From Paraspadella gotoi (taxonomy: Eukaryota; Animalia; Chaetognatha), in NCBI GenBank assembly GCA_051294375.1, contig CM119270.1:20067160-20131159 (forward strand): 64,000 nt of DNA, given 5' to 3'. Below, one piece after another: positions 1 through 12,041 of this stretch. The position numbers and the translations under genes are program-made. The number at the start of each line of letters is the position of its first letter. Positions within the stretch are counted from its first letter, which is position 1. The notes beneath the pieces are model-generated. The model was not told the DNA's origin and made no database searches. It saw only the letters and a list, made by a program, of their open reading frames with translations.

Positions 1-197
1 CCAATGGAAGCCATAACCCACCATAGCTTGTACAAAGTCAGGCTTATGCGATAGCTTATTTGGTGAATGAATGAATATTGAATAAATATTATAATTTTGT
101 CACCAATTTCATGAACTGCGTCTAAAAATTAAAAAAAATAATACGACAACAGGACAACGACGACAACGACAACGACAACGACGACCCGTTCACCCAC

Positions 198-1750
198 CAA
201 GGCCGGGAGTCCGGTGCAGGGAAAACAAGAGCAGACGAGCGCGGCGAAGATTTGAATGACGATTATGTCCTTGGCCCTGAGGGGGCGGAACCCGCGGCCG
301 TCGGGATCCGTGAGGGGCGGGGGTGAAAGGGGCGGGGCTGCGTGGGGAGGGGCTGCCTGGGGAGGGGCTGTGACGAGGGATGTGGCGAAGGGGCGAGGGG
401 AGACGGGAGTGAAGGCGATGGAGGATTCACCGGGAGATGTCACTATGACGAGGGGAATTTCTGGAAAGAAAAAAAAATATTGATTGATGGATCGATACAA
501 AGATTCATAGATTGATTGATAAATAGATTACGTAATCTATTGATTGACTGAATGCTCACCCGGTTGATTTAACGAAATGCAACAACCGGCAATCTCGTTT
601 GAAAATGCTTTACTCCGCGACGGACTGGCAGACACTGCGGCCGCCGCCGCCGCCGCCGCCGCCCCCCTTTCTTCCCGGTCAACGCCCACATCCGGTTTTA
701 TCGAAGATTCGATTCTAAAATTCAAACTGAAAATTAAATTAAAAATGTTTTATCGTTGTTACAACAAATATTTTTTTCCCGAGCTCATTTTTATATTTGT
801 TAAATTAAAAAGTAAGGGTTAAATTTTGTGCATTCGTCGTCGTACTCGTCCGATTACAGCTTAATTTCACAATAAATTAATTATTTTAACTCAAAATATT
901 TGGTTATCGGTTATGTTTAGGGTTTTGGTTAAGAATTTGGTTAGAAATTTTGTTAAGAATTATGGTTAGAGATAAAGTATGGTTTAGATATTAGGTTTGG
1001 GGATTAGGTATTATGTAATTGGTAAAAGTTTAACTAGGATTAACTATTTGGCGTAATAGGGGGGGAAGGGTCTGCTTTTCGAAAATTGTCACTGTCACAC
1101 TAATTGTTTTCATCTACATCTCGAAAAAAGACTTCGGGAAATTCACGTCCTCTTCATATTTCTTTTTTTCGTCATTGTCGTCCACATAATCGTCGTCGTC
1201 ATCGTCGTCGTCGTCGTCGTCATCTTTCCTTTTCATTTCCATCGAAGATCGATGACGTCATCACTCACCCATCGACGTCTTCCACGTGGATGGAATCGCA
1301 AGCGTCGTCGTCGTCGTCGTCACGGCGGCCTTCGCTGTTGTTGTTTCTTTTGTAACTGAAACTGTTATTGCTGTCGCCTCTTCTTTTTGTTCTCGAATCC
1401 GTGAGGGAACCGAGTCTATTGTCACAGCCGCCGCCGCCGCCGCCGTCGCCGCCGCCGCCGCCGCAGCCGCAGCCGCCGCCGATTTCAACCTCGCATTCCG
1501 CTCGCGCTCCGACCTCGACCCTTGGCGCGTTTTCTCGGCGCGCGCCGCCAACTCCGCTGCTGCCGCCGGCGCCGCCGCCGTCGCCGCTCTCGACCTCTCG
1601 ACTCTCGACGCGCTGATCATCGAGCGAACTTTGACTCCTTGTTCTTTGGATGTCGCTGTCGTTGTTGTCGTCGTCGTTGTCGTCGTCTTCCTCTGGTAAG
1701 ACTTCGTTTGAAACGAGAACAGATTTGTCTTCCTTTTGTCTTCGATACAT
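198..1750 (-). CDS. Partial spliced gene, probable CD225/dispanin (PRRT/IFITM-like) membrane protein with a long low-complexity N-terminus; continues beyond the left edge
   Basis: Phase-compatible exons on the minus strand: 1750-1269 (MYRRQKEDK...HVEDVD, donor GG|gtgagt, phase 2); 714 (or 726)-560 (acceptor ttttag, IESSIKPD...SLNQP, donor G|gtgagc, phase 1); 460-~198 (acceptor ttctttccag, EIPLVIVTSPGES...LRAKDIIVIQIFAALVCSCFPCTGLPAL, donor gtgggt). The last stretch follows a Pro-rich linker and resembles the first CD225 hydrophobic segment (D-x-hydrophobic...CC..P.G..A). The start codon and family call are inferred. Confidence 0.55.
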
Positions 1751-2130
1751 TTTTCTTTCTATTATTTTACGACTAATTAATTAATTTGATTTTTTTATTG
1801 ATACATTTTTTTTCCTGATTACCAATTTTACATACGTTAGCTTTATTGTTCCGTAACTTTTTTAAAGTGTTTTTTTTTTTAACGAAATTAAATGATTAAA
1901 TTAATCATTTCACAATATCTTTACCCACTACAATATTTCAATTTGTTTTCTACGCAGTTCGAAGAATTCGTGTGATTTTTTTCCTCACATTTGAATAAAC
2001 TTGTGTGAGTTGAAAGAATTTCTGTCCGATCGTGATATAAAGTTATTTCACTAGGTTATTTCAGTCGCTTTTGAAATGTCTGGAAGAAAAAAACAACAAA
2101 ATTGTCCCTAGCCCAGTCGGTTATCATCAA

Positions 2131-2164
<34 letters not shown>

Positions 2165-2660
2165 GTCTTCTTTGGATTCCGCGGCCATTGGTTCCTCGTA
2201 TTGGATCGGGCGAGTCTTCAAGGTAAGTGCATCGGAATCGCTAATCGATTCCTGATTGGCTGAGGCAGAAAGGAGAATTCGATCGCTGATTCGTCGATTT
2301 AGTTTGCCACAATAATTTGATCAGCTGCGGCGTGGTTGAGAAAGCGAGAGAGACTGGCTTCTATGAGCTTCTTGCTTCTATTATACGCGGCATGTAGACT
2401 TTTAATTATTATTTCAGACGCTACCAAAAATTGTGTTGTTTTAAAATTTAACTAAGCTGTCTCTGTCTAAAAAAAATAGCGAGCAACAGTGAAAATTTTT
2501 TTTCAAGCATAAATTATATAATTTAATTTACAGTTAACTATACTACAAATTAATAAACATAGGTTTATTTCAACGCGCTTCCTTCGCTACGACGGCAGGC
2601 TTCAATGTCTTTTGTTTCTCTCGACCGAATTTTTTTTTTTTAATCCGTGCCACTCGCCAG

Positions 2661-2908
2661 ATGTCTCTCTCCGACAACGAGGCTCATTACATCCGGGAGT
2701 TGATTTGATAGAAGGAGGAAGCGATCCGAGCGACGACGACGATAGTGACGACAACGACGACGATAGTGACGACAACGACGACGACGATGCCAGCTTCTTC
2801 GTCAAAGCCTCTTCATCATCATCATCATCATCGTCATCTTGGAAGCGACCAACGATTTTGAAGGAAAGATTAAGTGGAGATCGGGACTCGGATTTTTCCA
2901 TCGTTTCG
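2661..2908 (+). other. Candidate non-coding 5' exon of the CNBP-like gene
   Basis: Poly-T tract and ccag acceptor at 2660, and TCG|gtgagt donor at 2908. The CNBP ATG exon starts at an acceptor (tttcag, 3676), so an upstream exon must exist. Alternative donors occur at 2222 (AAG|gtaagt) and 1695. Confidence 0.35.
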
Positions 2909-3692
2909 GTGAGTATTTCGATAATTATCCGTATATTTTTTAACGTTTAAATATTACGTCGTGTTCTTCATCGTTTGATCGTATTTTTCGTATGTTTTTA
3001 TTTTTCCGTCTCTTTTTTTTTATCGACCATCGAAAGAGATATTCGGTGACCGGCTTTCCATTACTTTTTCCAATGTACTTCCCGGTTATTTCTTACCTTG
3101 ACACGCAAAGGCATCGGAAGGGGAAAAAAATAGGGAAGTGGATCTGGAATTCTGTCTCATGTTTTGACCTTCCTATTTTTTTCCCATGATGAGACATGAG
3201 AACTGCGGAGGACAAGAAAGTCTTAATCTTTAAAGGGCAAATGATTTGGGGGGAAATTAAAACATATTTAAATAATTTAAATAGTTTAAATTCCATAAGA
3301 ATGAAACCTTTCGTAATGTGAAAGTCAACTTTGGTATCAAAATTTATGAATCTTATGTTACAGATTTCCAGTTGATTTCTCGGAATTAGAAAATTTTAAG
3401 AAATTTTAAGTCAATATCTGCGTTGACCAGGAGGAACAAGAATATCTCAGTAGATTGGTCGACAGAACTTCACAAATTGTTTTTATTTCGAAGTAAAATG
3501 TATGTCAAAAACACCATAAATTTTAAGTTCCCACTGTTATATTAATGTATTTAACGAAAATCGTTCTGTATAATTCTTTTTTACTTTCCTATTCGTAATT
3601 ACTACATATTAAGTTCTGTAGATGATTTTAAATTGCATATATTTTCAAAAAGACCAAACCCGCTTTTCTTTTTCAGATCCTGATCGGTAACG

Positions 3693-5402
3693 ATGAGCGG
3701 AAACTGTTGGAAATGTGAAAAGGTGAGTTCAAATCACGTGACGAAGGTGAGAAATTACGCCGTCCTCCGAGCGGATAACACTTTTCAAACATGGATTAAA
3801 TGAAGTGTAATTAACCTTTCGAAATAAATGTTGAAAATGGATTTTTAAGAAGATAACCTTGCCTTATTTCGTACTTTATATGACATCAATTTTCCTCTTT
3901 CACAGCCTGGGCACATTGCCCGTGAATGCCCGGACGGCGACGGCGAAATGGTGGGCGGGCGCGGGGCTATGAGGGGCGGCGGCGGCGGCGGCAGAGGACG
4001 CGGCGGTGGATTTGGGAAGGGAAGAGTCTTTTCGAGGGGCGGCGGCGGTCGCGGTCGCGGCGGCGGCGGAGGTAAAGTTTTATTGTAGTGTTCAATCAAT
4101 TAATTAATCAATTAATAACATTTACATTTTAATCCCTCTCTCCAGGATTCGGGCCTCCTAGAGGTAATTTTATTCATATTATCATCCTTTTGGTGGCTTG
4201 ATACTTTTGCGATGTCATTTAATCTCGTATAATTATCGCAATTTTATTTCTCGTTCCGAATTCGTGATTCATATCTTCGACGGGATTTTGTCCTCAGATC
4301 AAAAGTGTTACAAATGCAATCGCATGGGGCACATCGCGCGCGAATGCAGGGAAACGATGGATCGCTGTTATAAATGCAACCAGATGGGACACATTGCAAA
4401 GGATTGCACCAACGACGAGATCGATGCTGGTAGGTGGGGCTTTACGTTGCCTATTTTAAATCAAATATTAGTAATTAATAACGATATTGTATCTTTAACT
4501 GGAGTCACACGGCGGCGAGAAAAATTTCTCCACCCAAAAACGTATTTTATTTTTGACGAATAAAATCCATAAAGACGGTTACGCAAGTATTTTCTAAAAT
4601 AGGTTCAATGATTAATTTTTTTTCTTTGTCCTTTTTTAAACAGGGAGCTGCTACAATTGCGGAAAGCAAGGGCATCGACAAGCGGACTGTCCCAGTAGAG
4701 AAGACAGAAGATGCTTCAGATGCGATGAGACAGGTAAAAAAATGTCGAACTAAATTTAACTAGTAATTATTTGTAAACTTAACACCTGTCGCTCATTCAT
4801 TCATTTCGCTTATTCATTTTGAGTAGATATAGTCTATTGAACATGGTAGTAGCACCTTTAGAATTCAAATTACAAAAACAGCGATGGGAAATACAACACC
4901 GTCAACCGTGTCTTAAATGCATTGCAATCATCCACGCTTACATCTTTAATTAATATTATAATATATATTATAATCATAATACACCTCTCATCATAGCATA
5001 CAAACATATCACTTTTACCCCCGATTATTTCTTCAGGTCACATTGCGCGGGAATGTCCCCTGGACGAGGGAGAGGGGGGGAGACCGCGAATGAGGATGGG
5101 AGGAGGAGGAAGAGGAGGAGGAGGACGAATGGGTGGCGGGCCTCGTAGTTCCACGCTCTGTTATAAGTGTCACGGACGGGGTCACATGGCCCGGGACTGT
5201 CCCACCGTTAATGATCAGTGCTGCTTCAAGTAAGTGGGCATGGTTATTGAGTTAGTATGAATCTAATCAATCCCGTATTTACGAGAGCTCTCATGGTTTG
5301 GTCATAAACCTTTTTTTCTCATTATTTTATCCATAACCCAAGTTTTCGTTTTATTTTCTGTTTTTGTCTTTCTTTCTTTCTTGCTTTCTTTCTTTCTTTT
5401 TT

Positions 5403-5434
<32 letters not shown>

Positions 5435-5754
5435 GCAGTATTTTTTTCTTTCATTTTATTTTTTATTTCTCACGAAGTGATCAATCCAGATGTTTACACC
5501 GATAATTTGTCATTGTCTTTCCCGAAATATTTCTATAAACAGTATTTAGAAAAACCCTTCTCTTCCTCGCCTATTGTTACACCTAAATTCAAATAAATAC
5601 AATCTGCCACAATCTCCCTCTGCCCCTCCACCTCTCCAGATGCAACGCGGAGGGACACATCGCGCGTAATTGTCCCAACACGGAAGTCAAGTGTTTCAAG
5701 TGCGGAGATTTTGGTCACATGGCCAAGGAGTGCACCGAAGAGAATGAGGATTGA
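3693..5754 (+). CDS. CNBP: CNBP-like CCHC zinc-knuckle nucleic acid-binding protein (8 knuckles, 2 RGG boxes), 247 aa
   Basis: Coding exons 3693-3722, 3906-4071, 4146-4163, 4298-4429, 4644-4733, 5037-5229, 5640-5754. All introns are GT-AG and phase-consistent; 744 nt, ATG to TGA. Knuckles (C-x2-C-x4-H-x4-C): [112 protein letters not shown]. The RGG-rich linker after knuckle 1 is the CNBP hallmark. Confidence 0.92.
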
Positions 5755-8700
5755 GTCCGATCCAATCACTGAACCCAAAACAAAAAATAATAAAACGGAA
5801 AACAAAACAAAAAATAATCATTATATCACCTGGTGGACATGAGGAAAATAAACCCGAGAGGAAAACCAAAAAAAAAAACTGCAAAAAAGAAAATGAAAAA
5901 CAAAACGAAGCAAAAAAAATAAATAAATAAAAAGAAGACGCGAGAGACTGTTGCTGGAGGACGTACAGTCGATAAATTCGAAAGGTGAAAGATGGAAAGG
6001 ATAGATAAAGAGAAAAAAGAGAAAGAAAGAAAGAAAAAGGGAGAAAGAAAGTTGAGAACGAAATTGCGAAGAAAAATGTTGGAAGCAAAAAGGAAAAGAA
6101 AACAATTTCGTTTTTAAGGATGTGAAGGTTTTGATGGCAAAGGAGAGGAAAAGAAAGAAAGGTGTGCGCCATAGAAGAAGAAAAGAAGGAAAGGTGTGCG
6201 CTATAGAAGAAGAAATGAAAGGCAATTTTTGAATTCGCGAATGTATGTAAAAAAGGAAATGAGTACAATTACAGAAATAGATCATAAATTATATACGAAA
6301 ATTAGAGAAGTAAATAAAAAGACAAGTGAATCAAATTATCGCGCGAATGGAAATTAAACAAATTGATTTTGAAGCTGTCGAACACATCGCAGCAACTGAC
6401 TCTCGTGACACAAAAAACCTCGAGGATAAATCATGAAGATCACCAGATAATAGAAAAAAAAGTTTTATTACGTGTCGTTGTTGTTGTTGCTATTTTAACT
6501 AATTTATGTCTTTTTTTTTTCGGAAAGTTTTTTTTTTAACATTCACGCCCAGTCGCACTAAGTAGCAGGTGTATAAAAACATTTTTTTTAAATTCATAAT
6601 ATTTATATAATTTTAGTTAAAATGCTTGTCTATTTTTTAGCTGCTGCTGAGAGCGATTTTTTGACTGGGATGACAACTTTAAAAATTTGATAACTTTTTA
6701 TTTGTAATTTTTAATTTGTCAACCTGCCCCAATTTCAGGCAGTTTCTTTTTTCTTTTTAAACAAAAAATAAAAATTTTCCGGTTTATTCTCGATAAGCTT
6801 ACTATTTCACGCTAATATCACATCGGTCGTCACTAAGTAAATTAATCATATATCATAGTATCCCGCTAGGCTTTGAATTTTAAACAATTTTTGGTCGTCG
6901 TTTGGCAACGACCAATGATTGAAGAAGCACAATATGTATCTATTAAAACTTCCTTTAATGCGCAATAAGCAACGTTTTTTCCAAGTTTAATGTGCTTCAT
7001 ATATGTAATTTAGTTACACCATGATAAAGTCTTTTGTTTAGTTCAATTTCTTCTTCCATTATATGGTATTTTTTTTGCCTAGATTATTTTAAAATTTGAT
7101 ATCAGGCTCTTTTACGATTTCATGGTGTTAATTCTGTTAAATGAAATAAGATAATTCCCATACCACCGTGAAGTAGCATGATGTCTTATAATAATTAAAT
7201 ATTCGTGAATATCTAAAGATGAAATTAACATGGGTGATGGCTTTTGGGGCTTTCACTGTAAAATGACAACTTATTCTTCCTTTTTTCATAAATTTTTCTT
7301 AAAATTTTGTATTTAATCTTTAAAAAAAATGTAATTTATCTTCACCATTTTAAAATTTTAAATTAAGGAACGTATTTTTAAAACAAGTCAACAACTACAT
7401 GTTCTGTTGGTTTGAAAGAAAGCCATGTCAACTTGTGCAGAAAACGAATTAGGTGATGGTAAATTGGAATGTGAGGATGGTGGGCTCGCGTGCAGATTAA
7501 AAATTCAAAGTGATGATTGTTGCTTTTGTGATGAAATGACAGATTGTTATTTGAGATGAAACGACGGACGCCGCGATAGAAGGGAAAAAAGTAGAGAGAT
7601 TTTGGTGAATCGAGGAAGAATTTGTACTTTTGGAGTCACGCGTGATACTGCGAAGAAACAAGGGAAAATATTTGTGGACGAAAAAAAAAGTTAAAATTAA
7701 AGACGTGCAAGAAACTATTGATGTAGACTCGATGTGCCTTAATAGAGACAAGAAATGAGTTGATTTACTAAAATATTAATAAATTATATGATCCAGAAAA
7801 AAAAAGTGGTTAAAATGGAGAGCAGTATGATATAAGTGGCTGAAGTTTTGCCTCCACACAAGCATTCCAGGGAGAGATATTTAAAGGTGAGAACGTTGAC
7901 TGGTGTAAGAAGGATAATAACCTAAAGTGAGGTGAAGATAGGTTCTTAAGCAGAATTCAGTCATTTCCCGCCCCCCCCCCTTCCCCCCGAGCATTTTTTA
8001 ATGCTAGACACGGGGTATATATTGACTTTGTTTTAGAGTGAGATTTCTCACGATTGTGTTCTTAGTTTGGGAACGAATATTTTTCTGACTGGAAGTTGGC
8101 TCACGGAAGCCAAAAAGTCAGTTCGTACAGTTTGAAGTAGAATATTATTTATTGAAAAAGTTAAGGGTTTTTTTTTGTAGTTCTACTGTGATCCTTCAAT
8201 AGAAAATTAACCTTGTAAATTTGTCGTCAGTTTTTTTTTCAAGAATAATTTCGCATCGTAAATACATATGAAAATTGTAACATTACTCGTTTAATTTCTT
8301 AAAATATGTCAACTAGTATATTGTTTTTAAGCATAAAAGATTAGCGTAAAAAGATACAAGTTATATTTTAATACTTAACCCCAATTTCACGCCGACTCAA
8401 AATGAATGATTTCTTTTTTTTTCCCGTGTGTGTATAAGATCTTTGCTTAATCTCATTGTTTTACAAAATATCATTTTCCCCACTCGGAGAAAGAAAGAAA
8501 AAGGAAAGGGACAACTGGATTGTCTCTTTCGTTTTGATGACTCTTTCTCTCCCATCGAACTTGAAATATGTCAATCTTTATTCTCATCTTTGGCTTTTTT
8601 TTTATTATTGCATTTAATTGGTATTCGTAGCCTCAAATGAAATCATTTTCACTCTTGCGGTCAATTATTGTTTCTCTTTTTTTTTTCTTCAAATTTTAAA

Positions 8701-8974
8701 GAAAGTTTTTTTTGTGATTTCAATTGTTTTATTTTTTTTTCTAATTCTTTTTTTTACTTAAGATGTGTGTAGCTTAACGAATTGTCGTCATTTTACACGG
8801 GTTCATGTAGTAGGTGATTAAAGTTTACACATTTTGTTGCGGTAATTTTATTTTCGTTTATTTCGAGACTGAAAGAGCGAAAATCTTAGAAGGTGAATAC
8901 TGAATAGGAAATAAAGCTATAAAAAATTAGATAATACACTTTATAAAAATGTGAACAGAAACCCAAAAAATGAA

Positions 8975-9105
8975 TAAAATTGGTACAACCAATATGAAAT
9001 TATCCATTCATTTAATAAATAAGCTATCTTGCCCCTGACTTTGGACAGGCTCAGGTGTTTTAAGGCCTCCATCACTCTAACAAGATAATGACATAATGAA
9101 GACTT
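8975..9105 (+). mobile_element. Copy of the dispersed ~150-bp repeat family
   Basis: Near-identical core to 40400-40480. Confidence 0.75.
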
Positions 9106-10348
9106 TCTCAAAGTCTGTTTTAAAAATGTCTCATTTCATCTTTAATTCGGAATTAGGGTTTTATTAATGTTTAAAGATTAGACTAGCTGTTATGTTTAGG
9201 TTTAGAGATTGGGTTATGGGTTTCGTAAATATTAAGGTTAAAATTCAGTTCAGTGATTAGGGAAAAGAAACGGGACGCTTTTGGAAAAAAGAGCGAGAAT
9301 ATTTATGTTTCTCAACCTTTTCTTCATAAAGGAGCTTTAAAAATCGCAGATCTGTCTCTCAATTAAAAAGACAACAAAGATAGAAATCTGCATAAAATCA
9401 AGAAATTAAATTTTACGATTTGAATAAATGACGGAACTTCGCTCACGTTACATATGGAGGAAGAAAAAGGACATTGGCATACAAAATGAGAGAGACTGAG
9501 CGAGGTGATTTAAGACTGGCTTGAGATGATAAGGATAATAAGGATATGATGTGATAAGGAGACGGTCGATTTGTAAAGAACAAGGTTTCGTATCGACAAC
9601 AACAACAAAAATATCATCAACAACTGATCTGGGTCAAATATTCGCTGACCGCCTGTCCCTTTTAATATGATTGTTTTGTTTTTATATTATATTTCGTCAA
9701 TAATAATTATGAAAGTAACTCCGCGATGCATTTTAAATCTCCCCTGAAAAAATTGAATAATATGGTGAGAGAGTAGGCAGTAGTTAGTATTAGTATAGTT
9801 TATAGGTTGGTTATGTATTAAATTCAAAATTTGATCAAAATCTCCCTCTTGGCAAGAGTCTTGCGTTTATAATAAAATTTGCGAGCTTCAACTGAAAATT
9901 TACAAATTATGCATTCATGCCAGAAATATTAAATCAGTTAACATGTCCACGACCTTACTAAGATGGATTAAGGCCTCCGTCCCTTTACTAGATAACGAGA
10001 AAGAAGCTTCCTGCAATCTTTCAATGAAGACTCACTCCACTTGCTTCACAACTCCAAGGACATTTGTCCTCTCAATGATACAATATTTCTAAGAACTGTT
10101 TCACTTTCAACATTTTACATACTGTTTGCTTCTTCTTTCATCGTCGTTTAGATTTTCATTGAATTTTCGTCCAGTTAACGTCCGTGTTCATCCTCTTCCT
10201 CTTCCTCCTCCTCCTCCTCCTCCGCTTTCACCTCAACCGCGTTATCGCGCCTTCAACAGAGACGACGTTTTCACTTCTCTCCTTTTTTTTTCGCTCCACA
10301 TTTTTAATTCCGCGTTTAAAACCATCTTTTTATCTGCCTCAATTTTAG

Positions 10349-10449
<101 letters not shown>

Positions 10450-11834
10450 CCTTGGCTCTTCCATATCTTGACAACTCACAGACGAGAGAAATGTAACAAA
10501 AATTCTAAATAAAAGTTGACAACGCCGCCCAAAACTTTTTAAATTCTTCTCGAAAAAAAAAAAATTAAAGACGGATCATCGAACGACAACAACAATAACA
10601 ACAAAACCCGGTCGAAAGACGACAACAACAACGACAATCGTTTTGAGTCTGTCTCCATTTTGTGGTGAACATCGTCGCCGCTATCGACGCCACGGCGCAT
10701 ATCTTCCACCACTCAAACCCTCGTATCATCTCTGGATCTTTAACCACTCAACCACTTTGCCCACCACCTCAACCACCATCCTCCACTTTCCCACCCCAAC
10801 CCCCCTTTTTATCTCAATCCCACCCCCTTCGCCCCAACCACATCGCAATCAAATTCCGGCGTCGAAACTTTTTGATGGCCGAATTCTTATCGAATCCTTT
10901 GCCCCATCTGCGTCGCGCGGAGGGAAAACCGGCGTGCCGGCGCTTCCACTTTCACGGCGCCTAAAGACGGCGTCGCCCGCGCGGCTTGAGAGAAGCGGCG
11001 ACGCGGAATGAGGCGCCCGGCGACGACGACGATCGGCGCCGCGGCTTTCGTTCTTCTCCGTTCGACGACGTTGACGTCGCTTTTCTTGGGAGATTGAAAA
11101 AAAATTAAAAACAGAGAAGAAAAGAAAATAAAAAGAACGTTTTGTCGAAAACGATTACAGAAACAGAATAAAGGATAAAGAAACAAAGACAGAAAACAAA
11201 GAGGCGCCTGATATTTGTTTTGTTTCGGCTCCTGATTTTGATTCATCACCTGATTTGTTTTCTTCTTGGATAAGGTGAGTTTAGTCACGTGATCGGAGTT
11301 CAGGGTCTAATTTGTTCTAAATATTTATTTATTTTAACCTTCGGTACCACTTAAGAATCTATGTCATCTCAGGGAAATTATTTTTAGCAACAATAAACAT
11401 GGTATTTTAATTTTTATTCCGTCGTCGAAAATTCGATCGATATAATACTGAATTCAATTGTAACTTTATAACTGTTACATTTTAATTTGGTTCTAATGTT
11501 TGCTTCTTTATCTATGAGTAAATCTTCATCATCAACTTTTATGCTCTCTGGTTTTTTGCCCTTGCCATTGCCATTGGTCATTGCAAATGCCATTAAGGGC
11601 GTAAGCAGCAAAGCATTGCATTATGCAAATTAGATTTTCGTCGTTCACTTTATTCATGCATTCGCAACGCTTAAATTTCTAAATTTCCGGAAGCTTATTC
11701 GTGTCATGGAACTTTTGTGCCGAGAAAAGATTAACAAAAAGAAGAAACATTTTACAATGGTTGTTTAAAAGTTAAGTTAATTATTTTTTTCCCCTTTTTT
11801 TGCCTTCAAAAACCCGAAAGACGGCGGAAGAAGA

Positions 11835-11905
11835 ATGGAGTCTTCCGCCAGATTGGGAGAGTCATCGATGCCCGCCAGCCAGGTGGAACTGTCTCTTTCC
11901 TGCAG
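11835..11905 (+). CDS. First coding exon of a probable copine (C2 domain, Ca2+-dependent phospholipid-binding protein)
   Basis: ATG...MESSARLGESSMPASQVELSLSC(R), then a strong donor CAG|gtaagt. PASQVELSLSCR matches the copine C2A first strand (P-x-x-x-VE-L/V-S-x-SCR). Acceptor at 11820, and an upstream UTR-exon donor AAG|gtgagt at 11274. I did not recognise the downstream exons (expected NL.D.D..SKSDP) in this window. Confidence 0.6.
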
Positions 11906-11920
11906 GTAAGTTAAGGTTTT

Positions 11921-12041
<121 letters not shown>

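Noticed and set aside
900-1045. Telomere-like TTAGG/GGTTA degenerate tract (also ~9150-9260)
   Set aside because: Too degenerate and short for an interstitial telomere; likely a low-complexity repeat remnant.
1261-1620. Ala/Thr-rich alternative frame of the CD225-like first exon
   Set aside because: It gives phase 1 at the 1269 donor, incompatible with the phase-2 acceptor at 714/726. It would fit only if that exon were skipped, so the 1750 frame was preferred.
4198-5754. Retroviral/LTR Gag nucleocapsid
   Set aside because: The knuckles lie in a spliced 7-exon gene with RGG boxes; no pol or LTRs nearby.
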